Positions 1 to 3,801 of a stretch of DNA of 3,801 nucleotides are shown piece after piece. The notes beneath the pieces are model-generated. The model made no database searches. It was not told where the DNA came from and saw only the letters and a program-made list of their open reading frames with translations. The stretch is from a virus. Taxonomy: Duplodnaviria > Heunggongvirae > Uroviricota > Caudoviricetes. The DNA lies in the IMG/VR virus record IMGVR_UViG_2706794664_000016. One strand, given 5' to 3'. Position numbers and translations under genes: made by a program. Every line of letters begins with the position of its first letter. The first letter of the stretch is position 1.

Positions 1-111
1 CCAATGACTAGTCTAAAAACTAGTATTAAGACTATCACTTATTTAAGTGATACTGGTTGTCTGGAGATTCAGGGGGCCAGTCTAATGCGTATTCCTTTAT
101 ACTATCTTTAG
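1..111 (+). CDS. 3' end of an upstream gene of unknown function (frame 1, open from the window edge; C-terminal peptide ...[35 protein letters not shown], stop TAG 109-111); may instead start at ATG 4-6
   Basis: Frame 1 is the only + frame open from position 1. All three minus-strand frames carry stops within 1-110, so no minus-strand gene crosses this region. Too short to assign a function. Confidence 0.35.
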   Translation, partial: PMTSLKTSIKTITYLSDTGCLEIQGASLMRIPLYYL

Positions 112-220
112 AGATAATACAAAGGATACGAATGATCTATTAACTCGCGTTGCTACTCTTGAAACTACCATTGCTGTACTGGAAAGTAGTATTTCCCGTA
201 TTGAGGATGATCAGGATAAG

Positions 221-319
221 ATGAGAGATACACTAAGTAAACTGGAAACACAAATCCATGAACTTGATGTTAAGATTGAAAGGATTATTGCAATTCTTCA
301 GCAGAAACAACGACCATAA
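221..319 (+). CDS. Small coiled-coil peptide, minimal ATG-initiated version (MRDTLSKLETQIHELDVKIERIIAILQQKQRP); the same frame is open from 86 and may be reached by recoding from the upstream gene
   Basis: Frame 2 is stop-free for 78 codons (86-319), unusual in AT-rich DNA, and translates to a heptad-patterned peptide ([55 protein letters not shown]). The only in-frame ATG is at 221, preceded by AGGA. Stop TAA 317-319. Confidence 0.3.
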   Translation: MRDTLSKLETQIHELDVKIERIIAILQQKQRP

Positions 320-357
320 AAAAAGGCATAGTATGTCATTCGTACTATGCCTTTTCT
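318..357. terminator. Bidirectional rho-independent terminator between the small + ORF and the convergent lysozyme gene
   Basis: A-run 318-324; stem GGCATAGTA (325-333) pairs with TACTATGCC (343-351), extendable to about 11 bp with a 5-nt loop; T-rich tract 352-357 continuing beyond. Reads as hairpin plus U-run on both strands. Confidence 0.6.
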
Positions 358-807
358 TTATTTGTTTTTAAGTACTGCAATCATGGAATTCACACGGTTT
401 GGTGTCTGCCTGTACCATAGAGAACACTTAGCCTGTTTAATTGCTTCAAGGTAATCATGTGCTTTCAGGGCTGCTAACATCTTACGGAATTTCTTCACCC
501 CGCCAATACCTAACTGGAAGGTCATGATAATAATAAAATCATTCCAGTCATCGGGAAGATTTAACCCTAATGTCTGTACCTGCATAATTGTTTTGGCTAA
601 ATCGCGAGATAGTAACTTGTCTGCTTCGCTTTCAGTAATGCCAGTACTAAAATCTTCTCCCGCCTGAATTAAGTGACCATATCCAATAGTACTACATCCT
701 AAACTATCAGCATATGGATAGAATTTCCCATTTCTGAAGTACTTCAAATTTGCCTGATACTCTTTAGTACCTTCATATTCTTTTAATCGTGTTTTTAAAT
801 CGCTCAT
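358..807 (-). CDS. T4-type lysozyme (GH24 family endolysin / N-acetylmuramidase), soluble, no signal or SAR sequence
   Basis: 149 aa. TIGYGHL matches T4 lysozyme YTIGIGHL; ITESEADKLLSRDL matches ITKDEAEKLFNQDV; FQLGIGGV matches FQMGETGV; SLWYRQTPNRVNSMI matches SRWYNQTPNRAKRVI. No N-terminal hydrophobic segment. Terminator immediately downstream. Confidence 0.9.
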   Translation of the reverse strand: MSDLKTRLKEYEGTKEYQANLKYFRNGKFYPYADSLGCSTIGYGHLIQAGEDFSTGITESEADKLLSRDLAKTIMQVQTLGLNLPDDWNDFIIIMTFQLGIGGVKKFRKMLAALKAHDYLEAIKQAKCSLWYRQTPNRVNSMIAVLKNK

Positions 808-817
808 TTACTAAATA

Positions 818-836
818 CCTATAATGAATTTATAGG
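818..836. promoter_or_regulatory. Perfect 7-bp inverted repeat CCTATAA-N5-TTATAGG in the 36-bp divergent intergenic region; candidate operator and/or back-to-back -10 elements
   Basis: The left arm contains TATAAT (820-825) on the + strand and the right arm gives TATAAA on the minus strand, each 10-20 nt upstream of the respective start codon (ATG 844 on +, ATG at 807 on -). SD AGGA 834-837 for the + gene. Confidence 0.35.
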
Positions 837-843
837 AATATTT

Positions 844-1278
844 ATGATGAGTGAATGGAAATACTCGGATGATTGGAGCGAGGAGGAAATGTTATCCGGT
901 GAATATGCTGGTTTCGTTTATATCTTTCAGTTTGAGGATGGTTCTAATTATGTCGGTGCTAAGCAAATCTATCAGCGGGTTAAGGATGCGAGAAAGCTAA
1001 AGCCCACTTCAAAGGAAAATGGCTGGCGTGAGTACCTCAGTAGTTCCAATGTCGTTAAAAACAAAATTGAAAATGGTGAACAGTACTCAAAAACGATTCT
1101 ATGGTGCTTCGCAACTATGCGAGAGGTAATGATTGTAGAGGCAATACTGATCCTTCATCAGATGCTTAAACCGGAATGTTTGAATCTGGCAATGATGAGT
1201 AAGATTAGATCACCAAATGCAAAGGATAAAAAAAGACTACTCGGAATAGTACAGGAACTATTGGAGTACTTGAATTGA
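844..1278 (+). CDS. Small acidic-N-terminus protein with a GIY-YIG-like motif (putative GIY-YIG fold nuclease, T4 endonuclease II-like in size); function unproven
   Basis: 144 aa. Motif GFVYIFQFEDGSNYVGAKQ fits the GIY-x(9-11)-YIG pattern, with Arg about 7 residues downstream (R45) and Glu at 94/99 as candidate catalytic residues. Good SD (AGGA, 6-nt spacer). No DNA-binding extension seen. Confidence 0.7.
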   Translation: MMSEWKYSDDWSEEEMLSGEYAGFVYIFQFEDGSNYVGAKQIYQRVKDARKLKPTSKENGWREYLSSSNVVKNKIENGEQYSKTILWCFATMREVMIVEAILILHQMLKPECLNLAMMSKIRSPNAKDKKRLLGIVQELLEYLN

Positions 1279-1287
1279 GGTAAATAT

Positions 1288-1788
1288 ATGGCAAGTGGAA
1301 TAAATGGGATTGGTAGTATAAGGAACTATATACAAACGCAGGGAGTTAGATTAAATAATCAATTCCAGAATGAAATAATTAAACGTTCCAAGCTACTATC
1401 CCAAAGAATGCAGGGTGATTTGAATAATAGCGTTGACCGTGGGGCAGTGGGCTTTACTCAACGTTCCATCCTTTTCTTCTATAGAAAGGTTGGGAGAAAT
1501 TCAGTTACATCGACCATCATGGTTAAAGATATTCAGGCTAAGTACCTTTATCAAGTACTGGTACAGCCAAAGGCAATTGATAAGTTTATACCTACTTCAT
1601 CTACAAGATTAACTAAGCAGGGCAACATTTCAGGACTGAAAAAGAATCTTTTAAGTGAACGATATAAGGTAGTGAAGGGTAAGAATGGTAAAGAACGATT
1701 AATTGATACCGCAAAGAAAGATACCAAGAAGAAAACCAAACGTGTAATTGGCTTACGTGAGAAGAAACAACGTCGCCTTATCTATTGA
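1288..1788 (+). CDS. Hypothetical basic protein with Lys/Arg-rich C-terminal tail (possible nucleic-acid-binding protein)
   Basis: 166 aa. GAGG SD 7 nt upstream of ATG; start lies 10 nt after the preceding stop. C-terminus KKDTKKKTKRVIGLREKKQRRLIY is strongly basic. No TM segment and no recognised motif. Confidence 0.7.
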   Translation: MASGINGIGSIRNYIQTQGVRLNNQFQNEIIKRSKLLSQRMQGDLNNSVDRGAVGFTQRSILFFYRKVGRNSVTSTIMVKDIQAKYLYQVLVQPKAIDKFIPTSSTRLTKQGNISGLKKNLLSERYKVVKGKNGKERLIDTAKKDTKKKTKRVIGLREKKQRRLIY

Positions 1789-1863
1789 CTTCTATAAGGA
1801 AGCCAATGATGGTGTAAGGGTAATTATGAGCGGTATTCAGGGAACATTCAGGATAAGTAGACA

Positions 1864-2175
1864 ATGAATTTTGAGCAACATTATGGTGATTTAATAAGCA
1901 AGATTAAGCTAAATGGCATGACACCAGATGGTAATAGTATGCCAATTAACAAATGTTTTCTTGATAAGAAATTTCAAAAGGTCGTTAAGAAAAGTAATTA
2001 TCAGATTGATAGCTATATGAACGTTATTTATGAGAAGAAGAAAGATTTCAAAGTTGGTGAAGTACTTGAATGGGAATTACAGGGTGAAAAGATGCCTGTA
2101 TTTCTAATTGAGAGTAAAAAGCTCTTTGTGAAGGGTAAACATTTTTGGGTATATGCCGTGGGGATTATTGAATGA
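1864..2175 (+). CDS. Hypothetical 103-aa soluble protein, translationally coupled to the downstream holin-like gene
   Basis: Stop overlaps the next start in an ATGA arrangement (ATG 2172-2174 / TGA 2173-2175). No TM or lipobox. Preceded by the only sizeable intergenic gap in the operon. Confidence 0.65.
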   Translation: MNFEQHYGDLISKIKLNGMTPDGNSMPINKCFLDKKFQKVVKKSNYQIDSYMNVIYEKKKDFKVGEVLEWELQGEKMPVFLIESKKLFVKGKHFWVYAVGIIE

Positions 2176-2465
2176 TTAGTATATTGATTGAGTTTCTGAA
2201 GTCAGGATTGGATTTTTTCATTAAGAAGAAAACTATTGAACAGGAAGTAAAGAAAACGAATGTAGAAGGGCAGATTGAAACGAATAAAGAAGAGATTGAA
2301 AAGGTAACATTCCACTGGCGTAATGCCCTCGGTTTTGTACTAACCCTTATCATTCTCTATAACTGGATCATAGTACCAGTACTTGATGCTTTTGGAATTA
2401 TTGTGATCCAAGTTCCATTAGGACAACTTTTGCAAGTGCTATTGATTATGGTTGGTGGAAGCTGA
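2172..2465 (+). CDS. Putative holin resembling the holin-of-3TMs / GTA-type holin family
   Basis: 97 aa. Charged coiled N-terminal region (EQEVKKTNVEGQIETNKEEIEK) followed by W-R-x3-G-x(8)-Y-N-W-x3-P-x-L-x2-F-G (FHWRNALGFVLTLIILYNWIIVPVLDAFG), which matches my recollection of the conserved core of that family, then a second hydrophobic segment. SD GGGGA 7 nt upstream. Confidence 0.55.
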   Translation: MISILIEFLKSGLDFFIKKKTIEQEVKKTNVEGQIETNKEEIEKVTFHWRNALGFVLTLIILYNWIIVPVLDAFGIIVIQVPLGQLLQVLLIMVGGS

Positions 2466-2525
2466 AAGATTTTTCCTTTAATATGTGTTTTGAGTTAATA
2501 AAATAGCAATCTAAGGATTTGATTT

Positions 2526-3320
2526 ATGAGTGATGCAATTACTACAGCAGCAATAAAAAAATTGTATGGACTATCCGCTGGGCAATGTAATATTTGCCGA
2601 ACTTCTCTTTTTAAAGAGCAGGTTCACATCGGACAAATGGCTCATGTAATAGCCAAAAGCCCAAAAGGACCAAGGGGCGATGACCTGTTAGCAAATGACA
2701 ATTCTTATGAAAATCTTATCCTGCTTTGTGCAAATGATCATATTCTTGTTGATAGAGATCCATTCACTTATACAGTAGAAAAATTGCATCAAATCAAAAG
2801 TGAACATGAGGCTTATATACAGGGTGCAACCGATAATACATTATTTTCAGATAAAAAAAGACAGTCAGATGTGGACTTTTTAAACGCTTACTTCCACTTT
2901 ACACCGTTTGCGAGGGTACGTTCATTAGTTGAAACTTTACCTAATTCTTTTCACATCAATCTTCTTATTTTTGGAGATCAGTTTGATAGTATTTTAAGGG
3001 ATTTTCCAGCGAGCTATCCTTTAAATGATAAATTACTCCACGGTCATTTCCAAAGTTTTATTGATTCGTATAAAAATATTGATTTTATCATATCTGGACA
3101 TTTGCCGATTTCCGATAATAGAAACATTCAGGTGTTTGGTGGTGCGAATCATAATCTTCTTTGTCATTTCAATTATGATGAGCTACCATCCGATAAAGCA
3201 CTGATAATAGAACAAGATTTGATTTCACATAAAATATCTCTTCTTAATGCTTATGAAGGTCTTATAAATTACCTTAGAGCTTATTACCCTGAGGTGGAAA
3301 TTTACTCTCCTATTCTATGA
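2526..3320 (+). CDS. HNH (His-Me finger) nuclease-domain protein with an uncharacterised C-terminal domain of about 185 aa
   Basis: 264 aa. C21-N-I-C24 ... A-H40-V-I ... N63-LILLC68-A-N-D-H72-ILVDRDPF has the spacing of an HNH zinc-finger nuclease motif (CxxC, catalytic His, structural Asn, C...H); the H-x-L-x-D-R tail resembles HNH_2-type domains. Residues 80-264 carry no motif I recognise. SD AAGGA; strong terminator downstream. Confidence 0.75.
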   Translation: MSDAITTAAIKKLYGLSAGQCNICRTSLFKEQVHIGQMAHVIAKSPKGPRGDDLLANDNSYENLILLCANDHILVDRDPFTYTVEKLHQIKSEHEAYIQGATDNTLFSDKKRQSDVDFLNAYFHFTPFARVRSLVETLPNSFHINLLIFGDQFDSILRDFPASYPLNDKLLHGHFQSFIDSYKNIDFIISGHLPISDNRNIQVFGGANHNLLCHFNYDELPSDKALIIEQDLISHKISLLNAYEGLINYLRAYYPEVEIYSPIL

Positions 3321-3336
3321 GTGTTATGAAATATAT

Positions 3337-3361
3337 AAAAGCCCCTTATGGGGCTTTTTTT
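3337..3361. terminator. Bidirectional rho-independent terminator between convergent genes
   Basis: Perfect stem AAAAGCCCC (3337-3345) / GGGGCTTTT (3350-3358), loop TTAT, followed by a T-run to 3361 on the + strand; an A-run precedes it, giving a U-tract on the minus strand. The minus-strand gene's stop codon (3346-3348) sits in the loop. Confidence 0.7.
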
Positions 3362-3801
3362 ATGGTTGTTGTAATAGTAATGGTTTCTTCGTTTTCTCTA
3401 AAAACCGAATGGCTTTGTTTTATTATTTCCCTAACATCTGGTTTCTTTATTTTTTTGTAATTTAATAAAGCCGAAACTAAAACAGAAACAAAAAGTATAA
3501 GTGATACTATACAAATAGTTAAACCTTCTAAAGGTGATAGTTGGGGGTCTATATATAATCCATACATAGAAACAGCGGAGATAGCAATACCGAAAACCAT
3601 CCACATATCTATAGGGCTTTTATTTGTCGATTTGACCGTAGTGTACTTTTTGACTAAGTCCGTACCTGATAGCACTGTTAAAATTAATGATAATATAGCG
3701 AGGGCAGTATTTACATTAAAATTTAGCTTAGCGAATAAAAGCAACATTAGTAAAATAAAAATAAGTAACGCTATGATTAAAAATATTCCTTTCTTGTCCA
3801 T
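3346..3801 (-). CDS. Predicted integral membrane protein with about 4 TM helices and a charged C-terminal tail; function unknown (candidate immunity, exclusion or holin-like protein)
   Basis: 151 aa from an ATG lying exactly at the window edge, so the true start may be further upstream. Four hydrophobic stretches (about residues 6-24, 33-46, 66-84, 94-113), then NYKKIKKPDVREIIKQSHSVFRENEETITITTTIKKAP. Confidence 0.65.
   Translation of the reverse strand: MDKKGIFLIIALLIFILLMLLLFAKLNFNVNTALAILSLILTVLSGTDLVKKYTTVKSTNKSPIDMWMVFGIAISAVSMYGLYIDPQLSPLEGLTICIVSLILFVSVLVSALLNYKKIKKPDVREIIKQSHSVFRENEETITITTTIKKAP

Noticed and set aside
7-24. Two ACTAGT palindromic hexamers (7-12, 19-24) and the TCACTTA-TT-TAAGTGA inverted repeat (35-50)
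   Set aside because: All lie inside the apparently coding 3' end of the upstream gene at the window edge; short, AT-rich, and explicable by chance or codon choice; no flanking signals visible.
71-76. AGGGGG as a prfB-like internal Shine-Dalgarno stimulator for the proposed +1 shift
   Set aside because: It lies about 30 nt upstream of the CTT-TAG site, whereas the prfB stimulator sits 3 nt upstream; it is not counted as supporting evidence for frameshifting.
826-833. T4-type late promoter (TATAAATA)
   Set aside because: No exact TATAAATA on either strand anywhere in the window; the nearest is TATAAATT on the minus strand here. No basis to call T4-style late promoters.
1551-1739. 62-aa minus-strand ORF (MVFFLVSFFAVSINRSL...)
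   Set aside because: Entirely antisense to the well-supported + strand gene 1288-1788; Phe/Leu-rich low-complexity translation typical of the reverse complement of Lys/Glu-rich coding sequence; no SD seen.
1288-2175. Spanin (i-spanin / o-spanin) assignment for the genes between endolysin and holin
   Set aside because: Neither protein has an N-terminal TM helix or a lipoprotein signal with lipobox Cys; their position near lysis genes alone is insufficient.
2165-2353. 62-aa minus-strand ORF (MIRVSTKPRALRQWNV...)
   Set aside because: Antisense to the 5' end of the holin-like gene and the translationally coupled junction; the + strand genes have better starts, SDs and recognisable motifs.
1-3801. 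tRNA, rRNA, CRISPR array, IS or transposase, integrase
   Set aside because: No cloverleaf-compatible segments, no regularly spaced direct repeats, no terminal inverted repeats flanking a transposase-like ORF and no recombinase motifs were found on reading both strands.

Overview
Compact, AT-rich, gene-dense window that reads like a bacteriophage or prophage lysis/accessory region; all calls are from reading the sequence and ORF translations by eye, with no database search. Layout: the 3' end of an upstream + strand gene (frame 1, stop 109-111), an overlapping open frame encoding a coiled-coil peptide (to 319), a bidirectional terminator (318-357), a minus-strand T4-type lysozyme (358-807), a 36-bp divergent control region with a perfect inverted repeat, then a five-gene + strand operon: GIY-YIG-like small protein (844-1278), basic protein (1288-1788), 103-aa protein (1864-2175), putative 3TM-type holin (2172-2465) and an HNH nuclease-domain protein with an unrecognised C-terminal domain (2526-3320). 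A second bidirectional terminator (3337-3361) separates it from a convergent 4-TM membrane protein (3346-3801). Best candidates for something undescribed: the HNH-plus-unknown-domain protein with its convergent membrane partner, and a possible +1 recoding site at 106-112. No tRNA, rRNA, CRISPR or transposase signatures seen.
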